A stretch of 64,000 nucleotides of DNA. It comes from Prevotella sp. (GTDB lineage Bacteria; Bacteroidota; Bacteroidia; Bacteroidales; Bacteroidaceae). Positions 1-10,342 of the stretch are shown here, one piece after another. The stretch lies in contig JAFSRY010000036.1 in NCBI GenBank assembly GCA_017445845.1, positions 18,626 through 82,625 of the forward strand, written 5' to 3'. How positions within the stretch are numbered: position 1 is the first letter of the stretch; each line of letters begins with the position of its first letter. A model generated the notes under the pieces. The model made no database searches and had not been told where the DNA came from. It was given only the letters and a program-made list of their open reading frames with translations. Position numbers and translations under genes: made by a program.

Positions 1-1208
1 CGTATGTCATCTACCCCAATGACAAACTGACCGTCATCTGCCTCGACGACAACCGCTACAGCGAAAACGAACGAGCCGGCGAGGCGCCTTCAGAGGACGA
101 CGTCCTTGTCACAGATGGCCGTATCACGAAAGAGACCCTTGAATGGATGCGTGGCGTTATAGCCAAGGCAGGAACTCGTAAGGTCATTGTTATGATGAAC
201 CATCTTGTCTCGGCACCTTTCGACGGATATGAAGTATTGGGTTCGCTTGTCAACAAGGAAAGCTCAGATATCGGCTCGTTCATCGGAGGTGACGAAGAAG
301 AGGATGGAGCCACCGAGCCTTACGAAGTGGACAATCAAGACATTCAGGATGCCTTCCTAAATATGGGCGTATGGGCAGTATTCTGTGGCGACCTTCAGTG
401 TTCAGACATTCAGAAAGTCATCTTTGAGGACTCCGATAACAGTTACTATCAGATAGTGACGGAGTCTTTGCGATCCATGTACAGCAGCTATCGTCAGGTG
501 ATCATCGACGGTGACGAGCTCACCATTGTCACTCGTCCCATCTTCAATAAGGCTGATGAAATCGACGGTGAAAACAAGTATCTTTCTGCAGAAGAATATC
601 TTGTAAATGCTGCTCCCATGGCCGTAGCAAAGACATGTGCCGAGAACTGGGAAGTCATCGATGCCATTTTCCAGGATAACTTCACCTTCGACTATGACCC
701 TGACGTCGACCCCTTCAACAAGAATGACTTCATGCGTCTGCCCGAGTCACCTGAAGATCTGGCCTCTCGCGTCAACAACACGCTCACTCAACCCATTCTC
801 AATGTCATCACTACATTCCGTGAAGGTAATGAGCCCCAGAAAGATGCACAGAAACTTATCGACGATGTGAAGGCCGGCTTCGATGCGTTCTTCGACTCGC
901 TGAACACCCTGCCCGCCGTCATTACCCCGATGATCAAGGAAGGCTTTGCCTCTGCCGGCCTTGACACCGACGCCCTTGCTGAGACAATTGTCGGCAGCAT
1001 TGCCAACGACTATGTCGGCGACAAGGACAACATCACCGACGACCACTTCGTCACCTTACCCTTTGCCAACGAGTTGATGTCTGTCAGCATCATTGCAGCC
1101 GAGCAGAACAGCAAGTCCCCACTCTACGACCTTCAGGGCCGTCGTCTGGGAGGTTATCCCTTGAAGGGAGTCTACATCCAGTCAGGCCGTAAGGTTGTGA
1201 AGAAATAG
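1..1208 (+). CDS. Secreted metallophosphoesterase-like protein with C-terminal sorting tail (5' partial)
   Basis: Frame is open from the window start (YVIYPNDKLTVICLDD...GRITKETLEWM...VIVMMNHLV...FCGDLQ), resembling calcineurin-like phosphoesterases. It ends in the Prevotella-type tail LYDLQGRRL...GVYIQSGRKVVKK. Confidence 0.6.
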   Translation, partial: YVIYPNDKLTVICLDDNRYSENERAGEAPSEDDVLVTDGRITKETLEWMRGVIAKAGTRKVIVMMNHLVSAPFDGYEVLGSLVNKESSDIGSFIGGDEEEDGATEPYEVDNQDIQDAFLNMGVWAVFCGDLQCSDIQKVIFEDSDNSYYQIVTESLRSMYSSYRQVIIDGDELTIVTRPIFNKADEIDGENKYLSAEEYLVNAAPMAVAKTCAENWEVIDAIFQDNFTFDYDPDVDPFNKNDFMRLPESPEDLASRVNNTLTQPILNVITTFREGNEPQKDAQKLIDDVKAGFDAFFDSLNTLPAVITPMIKEGFASAGLDTDALAETIVGSIANDYVGDKDNITDDHFVTLPFANELMSVSIIAAEQNSKSPLYDLQGRRLGGYPLKGVYIQSGRKVVKK

Positions 1209-1232
1209 ATAGAATTCACAAACTGACATCCA

Positions 1233-1278
1233 CCCACCCCCTAACCCCCTTCCGAGGTGTTAGGGGGTGGGCTTTTTG
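1233..1278 (+). terminator. Rho-independent terminator
   Basis: Stem cccaccccctaac / gttagggggtggg followed by ctttttg, just after the stop codon. Confidence 0.75.
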
Positions 1279-1450
1279 TTGCGAAAAGTCGTTAAACAGC
1301 AGGCGTTTTGGGGTTAAAAAAACAAAAAACGGTGTTTTCCATAAGGCTTTTTTATCGAATATATTTTGTATTTTTGCGATTACTCATCACCGCTGAGAGG
1401 CTGTGTCTTAGCGTGTATGGGCAAACTATTATTTATTAAATGAAAAAGCT

Positions 1451-1762
1451 ATGGCAAAGACAATTGAACTACAGATTGAAAAGAGTAAAAACCTGCAAAG
1501 TGGGCTTCTCCGCAACTTGAAAGAAGTGCAGAAGTATGGAGTCACGTCCGACGACTTGCGGACAATGGAAGCCGACATCGAAGCATTGAGTGCAGCCAAT
1601 GAAGAGTGTGACCGTCTGCGCGCCGAATTGGCTGCAAAAGTGAAGAGCATGAACCGTACGCTGGCTGTTGTCAAAGAGCAGTTCCAGGTTAAGAAACGTG
1701 TCATCAAACTGAACTTTCCACAAGAACAATGGCATGTCTTTGGCGTTCAGGACAAAAGGTAA
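1451..1762 (+). CDS. Hypothetical coiled-coil protein
   Basis: 103-aa ORF with an AT-rich initiation region and an upstream TAnnTTTG-like motif near 1369. Confidence 0.7.
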   Translation: MAKTIELQIEKSKNLQSGLLRNLKEVQKYGVTSDDLRTMEADIEALSAANEECDRLRAELAAKVKSMNRTLAVVKEQFQVKKRVIKLNFPQEQWHVFGVQDKR

Positions 1763-1783
1763 CTAAATAAAGTAGCTCCCTTT

Positions 1784-3796
1784 TTATCCGAACAGGTTGC
1801 CTTCTACGGGTTGGCTTTTGGGGGCGGGGCTTTCGTTGGCGAAGCGGCTGATGAAGTCGTCTTCGGAGATGATGGGGATGCCCAGCTGTTGGGCTTTCTG
1901 GTTTTTTCCTGATGTCGACGTTACATCGTTGTTGATGAGGAAGGAAGTTGAACCGCTCACGCTACCTGCCACTCGCCCGCCCTGGCTCTCGATGTAGGCT
2001 TTGAGCTCGTTGCGGTTCTTATAGTGATGGACGTCGCCTGTGATGACAAAGGTAAGTCCTTCGCACTGCTTTCCAGTGGGTGCCAGCTGCGGCTGCTGAA
2101 TGGTGATTTCCTGCATCAGCCGGCGCAGCATGGCCAGGTTGTCTTCGTTGCGGAACCAGCCGACGATGAGTGCCGACCGCTCGGGACCGATGCCATCGAT
2201 ATGTGGGAATACCTCCTCGGGAGGTGTCTCTGTCTGGCAGGCAGCGATCAGTGCCTCGATGTCGTAGTGACTGAGCAGTCGCTTGGCTACGTCGCCTCCG
2301 CACTTCGGGATACTCAGGGCGATGAGCAGATGTTGGGCGTCGACGTTGCGTGACTTCTCTATCGACCGCATGATGTTCGTTGCCGAGCGTTCGCCGAAGC
2401 CTTCCATCAGTGCGAGTTCGCGGATATGCCGATTCAGCCGGTAGAGATCGTCGTACTCACTGATCCAGCCGAGGTTGATGAATTTCGAAAGGGTCTGTCC
2501 GCTGATGCCGTCGATGTTCATGCCTTCTTTCGAGACGAAGCGGGCGAACTTCTTCAGCTGCTTAGCCGGACAGCCGGGATTGGTGCAGTGGAGGGTGCGG
2601 GTGCCGCTGGCTTCACTGGTAACGACGACGGTGTCGTGATGACATACGGGACATTGGGTCGGGACGAAAAAGGTGCCGATGGTCTCATCGACCTTGATGA
2701 CTTTCGGGATGATCTTGTTGGCTTTGATGACCTGTAGGCGTGTGCCTTTGCCGCCGATGCCGAGTCGTTCACATTCGCTGATGTTGCAGAGTGAAGCCCG
2801 TTTGACGGTGGTGCCTTCGAGTTCTACGGGGCGGAAGATGGCCACTGGCGATATCGTCGAGGCGGCACACGACCATTCCACTTCCTCGAGCTCGGTCGCG
2901 GCGGCTTCGTCCTGCCATTTGAAAGCCAGTCCAGCGCGCGTGGCATGATGTCCGGTGACGCTTCCTGTCCGGGCGTATTCCGTGTCGTCGTAGCTGATGA
3001 CAAGGCCGTCAACGGGATAAGGGCAGTGGTCGGGTTGCCAGTGGCTGATGACGTGCTGTAAGTTTTCGGCGGTGGGGTTGCTGATGAGTTCATTGTCGAC
3101 GGGTGTCAGCCCTTGCTTCTTGAGCCACTCCAACCCTTCGCCTTTCGATACGCCAATCTGTGGTGTGAGCAATGTGAAGGGTATCCATCGGATATTTCTG
3201 CGCTTTACCTCTTCGATATCCTTCAGCGTCAATGACCCTGATGCGAGATTGCGCGGATTGGCATAGTCCTCACCGCTCTCGATGAGGAAACGTTCGAAGT
3301 CATCGTAGGCGATGACAGCTTCGCCGCGGACAACGGTGTGCTCTTTGGCGGGTATAGTGGCGAGCAGTCCGTTGATGGCTGGTGCCAGGTGTGTGATGTT
3401 GGTGCCGATGTGTCCGTTGCCTCGTGTCACGACCTTGGTGAGGCGGCCATTGTCGTAGGTGACGACGAGTGTGAGTCCGTCGAGTTTCCACGACATCCAT
3501 ATCGGCCTTCCCTCAGCCCATTTTGCCAGCTCGCTCACTTGTTTGGTCTTTGCCAGCGAGAGTGCAGGAAACTCATGTGCTTCTTTCTGTCCCTCTACGT
3601 TGTCTTCGGACACGCGGTTGGTGGGTGAGTCGGGCAGTATGGTGCCTGTTGCTTCCTCCAGACGTTTGAGCTCGTCGAAGCGTGCGTCCCACTCATAGTC
3701 GGTCATCAGTTCGCTTTGTCCGTTGTAATAGGCATCGGAAGCTCGGTTGAGTTCCTCTACCAACTGCTCCATCCGTAGTTTTTGTTCTTCGTTCAT
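1784..3796 (-). CDS. ligA: NAD-dependent DNA ligase
   Basis: KLDG adenylation motif, TRGNG, NPRN, zinc finger CP.C...C.N..C, C-terminal BRCT (FVITG...GG.V..SVS). Confidence 0.97.
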   Translation of the reverse strand: MNEEQKLRMEQLVEELNRASDAYYNGQSELMTDYEWDARFDELKRLEEATGTILPDSPTNRVSEDNVEGQKEAHEFPALSLAKTKQVSELAKWAEGRPIWMSWKLDGLTLVVTYDNGRLTKVVTRGNGHIGTNITHLAPAINGLLATIPAKEHTVVRGEAVIAYDDFERFLIESGEDYANPRNLASGSLTLKDIEEVKRRNIRWIPFTLLTPQIGVSKGEGLEWLKKQGLTPVDNELISNPTAENLQHVISHWQPDHCPYPVDGLVISYDDTEYARTGSVTGHHATRAGLAFKWQDEAAATELEEVEWSCAASTISPVAIFRPVELEGTTVKRASLCNISECERLGIGGKGTRLQVIKANKIIPKVIKVDETIGTFFVPTQCPVCHHDTVVVTSEASGTRTLHCTNPGCPAKQLKKFARFVSKEGMNIDGISGQTLSKFINLGWISEYDDLYRLNRHIRELALMEGFGERSATNIMRSIEKSRNVDAQHLLIALSIPKCGGDVAKRLLSHYDIEALIAACQTETPPEEVFPHIDGIGPERSALIVGWFRNEDNLAMLRRLMQEITIQQPQLAPTGKQCEGLTFVITGDVHHYKNRNELKAYIESQGGRVAGSVSGSTSFLINNDVTSTSGKNQKAQQLGIPIISEDDFISRFANESPAPKSQPVEGNLFG

Positions 3797-3864
3797 GGGT
3801 TTTCTTCTTTTCTGCCTGCAAAGATACGAAAAAAATGAGAAATGAGGAATGAGAAATGAGAAAT

Positions 3865-4743
3865 TTACTTTTTCATTTCTTCAGGCACGATGGGCATGGC
3901 GCCGTTTTGTGTGCAGACGAAGGCTGATACGTTGACGGCCAGCTTATGGGCTTCGGGCACACTCTTGCCGTTGAGGATGGCTGCACAGAAAGAACCTGTG
4001 AACGAGTCGCCGGCACCGACGGTATCGGCCACTTCTACTTTCGGTGTCTCTTGGAACGACACATGTCCGGGCGTGAAGACATAGGAGCCATTGGTGCCGC
4101 AGGTGAGCACGAGCATGTCGAGGTTGTATTTGCCGAGGATGAGCCAGCACTTGTTCTCGATGTCCAGGCCGGGGTAGCCGAACATACGACCGATGATGAC
4201 TAACTCCTCGTCGTTAATCTTCAGTATGTTACAACGCCGCATCGACTCTTGTATAATCTCTTTTGTATAGAACTGCTGGCGCAGGTTGATGTCGAAAATC
4301 TTCACGCAGTCGGCAGGTGTGAGGTCGAGGAACCGCTGGATGGTCTCGCGCGAGACGACGTTGCGCTGTGCCAGCGAGCCGAAGCATACGGCGCGGCAGT
4401 TGCGCGCCACTTCTTCGATGTCGCTGTTCATGGGGATGTTGTCCCATGCTACATTCTCCTTGATGTTATACGACGGGATGCCTTGTTCGTCGAGTGTCAC
4501 CTGAACGGTGCCCGTGGGGTAGGGCACGCGCGGCATTATATACTTCAGTCCGTGTTCCTCGAGCGAGGCTATGGTCTCTTCGGCGAGTTTGTCTTCACCC
4601 AGTGCGCTGACGGCGAGTGTATTCTCCTGTCCGACGAACTGGCCGGCGTGATAAGCGAAGTTGGCGGGAGCTCCGCCGAGTTTCTTTCCTTCGGGCAGCA
4701 CATCCCAGAGTGCTTCGCCCAGTCCTACTATATATCTTTTCAT
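3865..4743 (-). CDS. PfkB-family carbohydrate kinase (fructokinase)
   Basis: GGAPANFA and DTVGAGDSF motifs; lies in a fructan PUL. Confidence 0.93.
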   Translation of the reverse strand: MKRYIVGLGEALWDVLPEGKKLGGAPANFAYHAGQFVGQENTLAVSALGEDKLAEETIASLEEHGLKYIMPRVPYPTGTVQVTLDEQGIPSYNIKENVAWDNIPMNSDIEEVARNCRAVCFGSLAQRNVVSRETIQRFLDLTPADCVKIFDINLRQQFYTKEIIQESMRRCNILKINDEELVIIGRMFGYPGLDIENKCWLILGKYNLDMLVLTCGTNGSYVFTPGHVSFQETPKVEVADTVGAGDSFTGSFCAAILNGKSVPEAHKLAVNVSAFVCTQNGAMPIVPEEMKK

Positions 4744-4823
4744 AATGAGTAATGAGAAATGAGTAATGAGTAATAAATTGTTTACTTGTCAACTCGTTTA
4801 CTTGTCAACTAAAATTTTCTTGT

Positions 4824-6002
4824 TTACTTTTTCACATTCTTTGTATAGAAGATAAGGTATAGCGTGGCGATGGCCAGCACGAAGACGGCTCCAGCCTGAC
4901 GGCCGACGGCATCGCTGCATATACCCATGAGCAGGGGGAAGACGGTGCCACCGAAAAGGCCCATGATCATCAGGCCTGACACTTCGTTCTGTTTCTCGGG
5001 CACAGAGAGCAGTGCCTGTGACATTATCATCGAGAAGACATTGGAGTTGCCGAATCCTACGAGTGCGATGGCTGCATAAAGCATCCACTGGTTTGTCTCA
5101 TAGGACAGCAGCAGGATGCCGAGTGCAATCATGACGACGCTGGCTATGTAGAACGTCCTTGTCTTCATGACGCGCAGGAAGAAAGACCCTGTCAGGCAGC
5201 CGATAGTGCGGAATATAAAGTATAGCGACGTGGCGAAGGCAGCGGCATTGAGGTCGATGCCGAGTCGTTCCATCAGGATTTTCGGTGCCGTAGTGTTGAT
5301 GCCCACGTCGGTGCCGACATGGCACATGATGGCGATGAAGGAGAGCAGGACAATGGGTTCGGTCAGCAGTTTCACGCTTCCGGCAAACTGTCGGCCGACG
5401 GATGCTGTTGTCTCCCGGTCTTCATTCTTTTCTTCTTCGATGGGTGTCAGCCCCAGCCACAAGGTGGCCACGGTGCCGATAATCAGGAAGATGAGGAAGA
5501 GTACTCTCCAGTCGAGGCCGAAGTCGGGGATGGCCTTCGTGGCGCCCCATGTGGCGAGGTAGGGTGCGGAGAAGGATGCAATGGCTTTGACAAATTGTCC
5601 GAAGGTCAGTGTCGATGCCAAGTTCTTGCCACCGGTGATGGCAGCTATGAGTGGGTTCAGTGAGGTTTGCATGATGGCGTTTCCGATACCGAGCAGCGAG
5701 AATGACAGGAGCATCACTGCGAAAGAGTTGCCGAAGATGGGCATGACAAGCGATACGAGGGTCACCAGCAGTGAGAGCATAACGGTCTTCTTACGGCCTA
5801 TTTTGTTCATCAGCACTCCCGTGGGCACTGAGAAGATGAGGAACCAGAAGAATACGAGTGATGGCAGGATGTTGGCTACGGAGTCGGAAAGTTGAAGGTC
5901 GTTCTTTACGAAGTTTGAGGCAATACCGACCAAGTCAACAAATCCCATGGCGAAGAACGCAAGCATCACGGGGATGAGCGTAAGGGTTTTGTTCTGTTTC
6001 AT
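4824..6002 (-). CDS. MFS sugar (fructose) permease
   Basis: About 12 hydrophobic segments, MFS loop motif LMNKIGRK, adjacent to fructokinase. Confidence 0.88.
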   Translation of the reverse strand: MKQNKTLTLIPVMLAFFAMGFVDLVGIASNFVKNDLQLSDSVANILPSLVFFWFLIFSVPTGVLMNKIGRKKTVMLSLLVTLVSLVMPIFGNSFAVMLLSFSLLGIGNAIMQTSLNPLIAAITGGKNLASTLTFGQFVKAIASFSAPYLATWGATKAIPDFGLDWRVLFLIFLIIGTVATLWLGLTPIEEEKNEDRETTASVGRQFAGSVKLLTEPIVLLSFIAIMCHVGTDVGINTTAPKILMERLGIDLNAAAFATSLYFIFRTIGCLTGSFFLRVMKTRTFYIASVVMIALGILLLSYETNQWMLYAAIALVGFGNSNVFSMIMSQALLSVPEKQNEVSGLMIMGLFGGTVFPLLMGICSDAVGRQAGAVFVLAIATLYLIFYTKNVKK

Positions 6003-6034
6003 TTCTTCCTTGTTTTGTTTTTGATATTTTTATT

Positions 6035-7729
6035 TCATTTTTTCATTACGATGGGGTATACGGTCGCCTTACCGCCCTTTACCCTTATATGGCTATAAGG
6101 CTCAGAGGGGAAGACAAGGTTGGTCATCGCCATGTGTCCTTCGGCATCGAAGGCCTCGATGCTGCAAGCGTCGATGAAGAGCCGCAACTGGCGCATCTGT
6201 CCACGAACGGGAGCTGTTGTCGTGCAGGCGAATGCATCACTGAATGAGGTGTCTCCACTGTCCGTGCGGTCTATCGCGAATGTGCGCTCCTTGTCGTCAT
6301 AGTGCATCACCACCTGCTCGCCTTTAGTGTTGGAGAGGATGATGTCGGCCGAACCCTTCATGTCGACCACTACTTCGCAGGCCTCCGTCAGTTGCTTCTG
6401 AGTTTTGCCGCGTGCGGCCGTCATCTCGCGGACGGGTGTCACACCGACGTAGGTTTCTCCTTCGTATTCAAAAAGGTCGAGGTCACGGGCGATGGTGTTG
6501 GCCGACCGGAACTGCTGGGTGGGCACCTGATTGGCATACTGCCAGTTCGACATCCATGCCACAGCGATGCGGCGGCTGTCGGGAGCATTGTCGAAGGTGA
6601 CGGTGGCATAGTGGTCTTTGCCATAGTCCATCCAGCGAGTGTCCTTGTGTTCACAGGTGAAGCGATGTCCGTCGAACTGTCCGACAAAATATTGTGTGGC
6701 AGAACCGCCAAAAGGTCCGCCAGGGTTGATGTTGCAGATGAGGAGCCACTTCTGCTCCGACGTGCCGCGTACCTGCAGCTTCATCAAGTCAGGACACTCC
6801 CATACACCGTCGTGACAGCCCAGTCCTTGTCCGAATGAACTCTCGTAGGTCCATTCCTTCAAGTCTGCCGATGAGTAGATGCGCATTTCCTGTCCGACGG
6901 CCAGTATCAAGTTCCAACGTTGGATGTCGGCATTCCAAAATGCCTTCGGATCACGGAAGTCGGGTTCTGGAGAGGTGAGGATGGGATTTCGGTCATATTT
7001 TGTGAAAGTAAGTCCGTTGTCCTTCGAAACTGCTGTCGACTGCGTCTGATGCTGACCAGCAGAAGTGTAGAAAGCCACCACCTCGTCGTGTTTCTTGTCG
7101 ACCACGCAGGATCCGCTGAAGATGGTTCCTTGTGCATCAGGTTCAATAGCGGTGGGCTGAGCAGTCCAATGGATGAGGTCACGGCTCGTTGAGTGACCCC
7201 AGGTCATGTTCTCCCATTGTGAGCCATAGGGGTTCCATTGGTAGTAGAGATGAAACTCTCCATCTTTATAGAACATGCCGTTCGGGTCGTTCATCCAGCC
7301 GTAGAGCGGCGTGTGGTGGTAGTGCGGGCGGAAGCGCTCGCGGTTGGTGGTGTCGTAGGTGTCGGTCTGTTTCATTTCTCGCCAACACACGAAGTCCTTC
7401 ACTGCCCCCGTTGTCCGGCGGTCACCGTGGAAGGTGATGTCGAGCAGTACGCTTTCCGATTCGAAGCGGCTGATGTCGAGAGGCACACAGTAGTCGGCCT
7501 TGTCGACAGCCAACCGTACATTGAGAGCCTGCACCTCGCGGTTGTCGACGATGACCCTGACGTGTGCATTCTCTTCACGTTCCTGAACCGGCAGAAGCAC
7601 ATATCGGCCGTTCTGCTGCAGGCGGAGTTGTGCATGGTGTTCGCCCAGCATCAGAGGTGTCTGTGCATGTCCAGTCGTCAGACCAGCCAGGGCGAAAAGA
7701 AGGAACAGTATTCTTGCTGTTGTTTTCAT
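6035..7729 (-). CDS. GH32 beta-fructosidase/levanase
   Basis: WMNDPNG, FRDP and WECPD catalytic motifs; signal peptide. Confidence 0.95.
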   Translation of the reverse strand: MKTTARILFLLFALAGLTTGHAQTPLMLGEHHAQLRLQQNGRYVLLPVQEREENAHVRVIVDNREVQALNVRLAVDKADYCVPLDISRFESESVLLDITFHGDRRTTGAVKDFVCWREMKQTDTYDTTNRERFRPHYHHTPLYGWMNDPNGMFYKDGEFHLYYQWNPYGSQWENMTWGHSTSRDLIHWTAQPTAIEPDAQGTIFSGSCVVDKKHDEVVAFYTSAGQHQTQSTAVSKDNGLTFTKYDRNPILTSPEPDFRDPKAFWNADIQRWNLILAVGQEMRIYSSADLKEWTYESSFGQGLGCHDGVWECPDLMKLQVRGTSEQKWLLICNINPGGPFGGSATQYFVGQFDGHRFTCEHKDTRWMDYGKDHYATVTFDNAPDSRRIAVAWMSNWQYANQVPTQQFRSANTIARDLDLFEYEGETYVGVTPVREMTAARGKTQKQLTEACEVVVDMKGSADIILSNTKGEQVVMHYDDKERTFAIDRTDSGDTSFSDAFACTTTAPVRGQMRQLRLFIDACSIEAFDAEGHMAMTNLVFPSEPYSHIRVKGGKATVYPIVMKK

Positions 7730-7770
7730 TCAGATATTTTTTAGGTTTAAGTTTTTTTGCAATGATGCTG

Positions 7771-7845
7771 CAAAGGTAATTATATTTGTTTTCTCACTAT
7801 AAAAAAACGTTCATTTCGTCGTATTATTGTTACAAAGTAACATTT
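7771..7845 (-). promoter_or_regulatory. Bacteroidota promoter plus candidate fructan-regulon operator
   Basis: CAAAGGTA (TAnnTTTG on minus) at 7771, then cgttca...tgttac...gtaaca, shared with the regions at 13826 and 20312. Confidence 0.5.
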
Positions 7846-8474
7846 TATTTTACGAGCACATCGTAGATGATGGTGGTCGTTACTTCCTGTTTGAGTGACC
7901 GGACTTTGAGGGTCTGGCTGACATGATGGATTCCTGTCTCCATGTCTTTGCCAACGGAGAAGGTGACGGGGATGTACTCCTGTCGGTTCCCTTCGTCGCG
8001 ATGTAGCACGACAATGCCGCGCTGTTTGGTCTCGCCCTTGTGCATGATGCCAAGGTCATAGTGGTTGGCTGACATGCGCAGGTCATCGTTGATGCGGATG
8101 GGAAACTGCCGTAGCAGCGTTTCCTCCGAAGTAATGCAGTTTCCTGTCAGTGACAACGCGATGCGCTGCGTCTTGTCGGAAACCCGATAGACAAGAGTGC
8201 CGGTTTCTTCAAAATCGCCACCCTTGCCTTGCGGGTTGAAGGTGAGGACAACGCTGGTGGAGTCGCCGGGTGCTACGACGGCATTCTTGTCGAAACCGAT
8301 GGTGGTGCACCCGCATGAGGTGTAGCCCTGCACCAGTCTGACAGAGTCGTTGCCTTCGTTGCGTAGCCAGAACGAGTGTTCCTTGATGCCGTCGGCCTCA
8401 TGGATTGTTCCGAGCGAGACGACGGCCGTTCCTATGACTACCAGCCACTGAGTCAGCGTGTCCATATTGTTCAA
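7845..8474 (-). CDS. DUF1573-like protein
   Basis: TSCGCT....V.PGDS motif typical of DUF1573. Confidence 0.8.
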   Translation of the reverse strand: MNNMDTLTQWLVVIGTAVVSLGTIHEADGIKEHSFWLRNEGNDSVRLVQGYTSCGCTTIGFDKNAVVAPGDSTSVVLTFNPQGKGGDFEETGTLVYRVSDKTQRIALSLTGNCITSEETLLRQFPIRINDDLRMSANHYDLGIMHKGETKQRGIVVLHRDEGNRQEYIPVTFSVGKDMETGIHHVSQTLKVRSLKQEVTTTIIYDVLVK

Positions 8475-8477
8475 TGC

Positions 8478-8654
8478 TTAGAAAATTTCATCGTCTGCGC
8501 CGACGGTGCCCGAGTTGGTGCTAATGCCCCAGTCGCTTTCGCCGTCCCAGTCGTTGTAATTCAGTGAGTGCAGGCTCTCCGATGAAGCGGTAAGCAACTG
8601 CTGTTCCAATGAGATATGGAAAACTTTGGTGTTTGGTTCAATATACTTTTTCAT
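8478..8654 (-). CDS. 58-aa small peptide (MKKYIEPNTKVFHISLEQQLLTAS...), absent from the ORF track
   Basis: Translated by hand. AT-rich initiation context, in line with the operon, and matches the Bacteroidales small-peptide pattern MKKY..P...V.....E..LL.AS. Confidence 0.75.
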   Translation of the reverse strand: MKKYIEPNTKVFHISLEQQLLTASSESLHSLNYNDWDGESDWGISTNSGTVGADDEIF

Positions 8655-8696
8655 AATTATATTTTATTTGGTTGCTTGGTTGTTCAGTCCAAACGA

Positions 8697-10228
8697 CTAT
8701 TGTATTACTTTCTTACCTCCGATGATGTTGACGCCCTTCTGCGGAGCCATGAGACGCTGTCCCTGCAAGTTGAAGATGCTTGGGTTTTGCGTTTTGAGAT
8801 TTGACGTTGCGAGTTCGCTGATAGCCGTCACTTCATCGTCGTCAATCGTAATGCTGAAGAACTTGGCAGGTGCGTCACCATCGAGCACGAGGAATGCTTT
8901 TCCGGCACCGACATTAGCATCGTCACCGAGCTGATAGAAACCAACCGTATCGTTCTTTTTACCTAAGACGTAGAGTGTCTTGCCTTCGTGGGCTGCCTTG
9001 AGTTCGCTGCCTGTGGCGGCAGTGGTTGTTCCGGCAAAGACATTGTCACCTACGGTCTCAGCTACGACGGGATAGAGCTGGAAGTCGAAAGCTGCGGCAG
9101 CATTGCCGACGAGCAGCACGCCCGTGTTGGCTGGGATGATGTTTCCGGCAATCTTCTTCAGGTTCAGGCTGCTGCCGTCACTGGTGGCACGGAAGGCCGT
9201 CACGCCTTCAGGGATGAGCGATGCCTTCTCTGCATAGAATGTTGCTGCATACTTACTGGTACCGATCTCTGCATTGGAGCTGAAGTTCACGCTGGCAGCT
9301 GTTGCAGGCTTGGTGAGCAGGTAGTTGATGGCATTCTTGGTGAACAGCTTGATGTTGTCGAGGAATGCGTTCTCGTTCACCCACTGGTAGGCTGCAGGAC
9401 CGCAGGTCAGCACGGTTCCCTTCCACTCTTCATCGTTGAACATGCCCGGCAGGAACTCCACGATGAAGGCTCCGAAGTAGTCGCCGATATGTCCCCAAGT
9501 GCCGAGGTCGATGCAGTTCCACGACTGCTCAAACTGGCGCAGCTTATTGGGGTCGTCGTTGTTCAGCCCTGTTGTCGTGTTCAGTCCTTCGCCCTTCGGC
9601 AGCAGGTCATTCCAACCCGTGTTGATGTCGGTATACCAAGAGGTGGAACTCTCGAAAGCAAAGCCTTCAGCGCCGATACCATCCGTATTGGCAGTGCCGA
9701 TGCCGGCATAGATGGGGTGTGCGGTGCGGTCGAAGGTGTTGGCAAGGTTGGCATTGATGACCCACTGCTTCAGTGTGCCTTCAGAGTTGGTGAATCCGCC
9801 GTGACCTTTTTCAGTGGGTTCGCACATGCGTCCGATGAGGTTGACCATCGGAACAGCCTCTTTCGTGAGCAGCAGTGAGCCACCGTTCTTGACGAAAGTC
9901 TTTAAGGCGTTCACGAAAGCCTCGTTGTTGTAGAGGGCTACATTCTCGTCATACGAATTGGCGGGTCTGTCGACGTTCAGCCATACAACACTCACGTCAT
10001 CCATCTTGCCGTCGATGTTGTTGATGAACTCATTTGTATCCAGAAACTTTCCGATGCTCTGAGGGCATGTCTCGAAGGTTTCATTCACAAAGTACTGGTC
10101 GAAAAAGGTCTGTGCCTTTTCCATCTCGCCCGTGTTCTGGTTGGTCAGATTCCAGATGTAGGCCACCTTCTGAGAGAAGGTGTGCTTGTCAGCAGCAGTG
10201 CTGCCATCATTGTAAAAATCTTTTTCAT
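8697..10228 (-). pseudogene. DUF4960-like secreted protein with sorting tail; 1-nt frameshift in the signal peptide
   Basis: ATG at 10228 gives MKKIFTMMAALLLTST, like the paralog at 11317, but is out of frame with the 8697..10166 ORF. Adding one G near 10180 restores TAFSQKVAY. Could be a sequencing error. Confidence 0.7.
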
Positions 10229-10342
10229 AATTGTTATTTATTAATTGTGGATTAGTCGTTTGGTGGTTTGGTAGATTGGGAATACATCCTTGTCAGGGAG
10301 CAATCTTTCCGAAACGACCAAACGGCTAATCTTCTAAAACGA

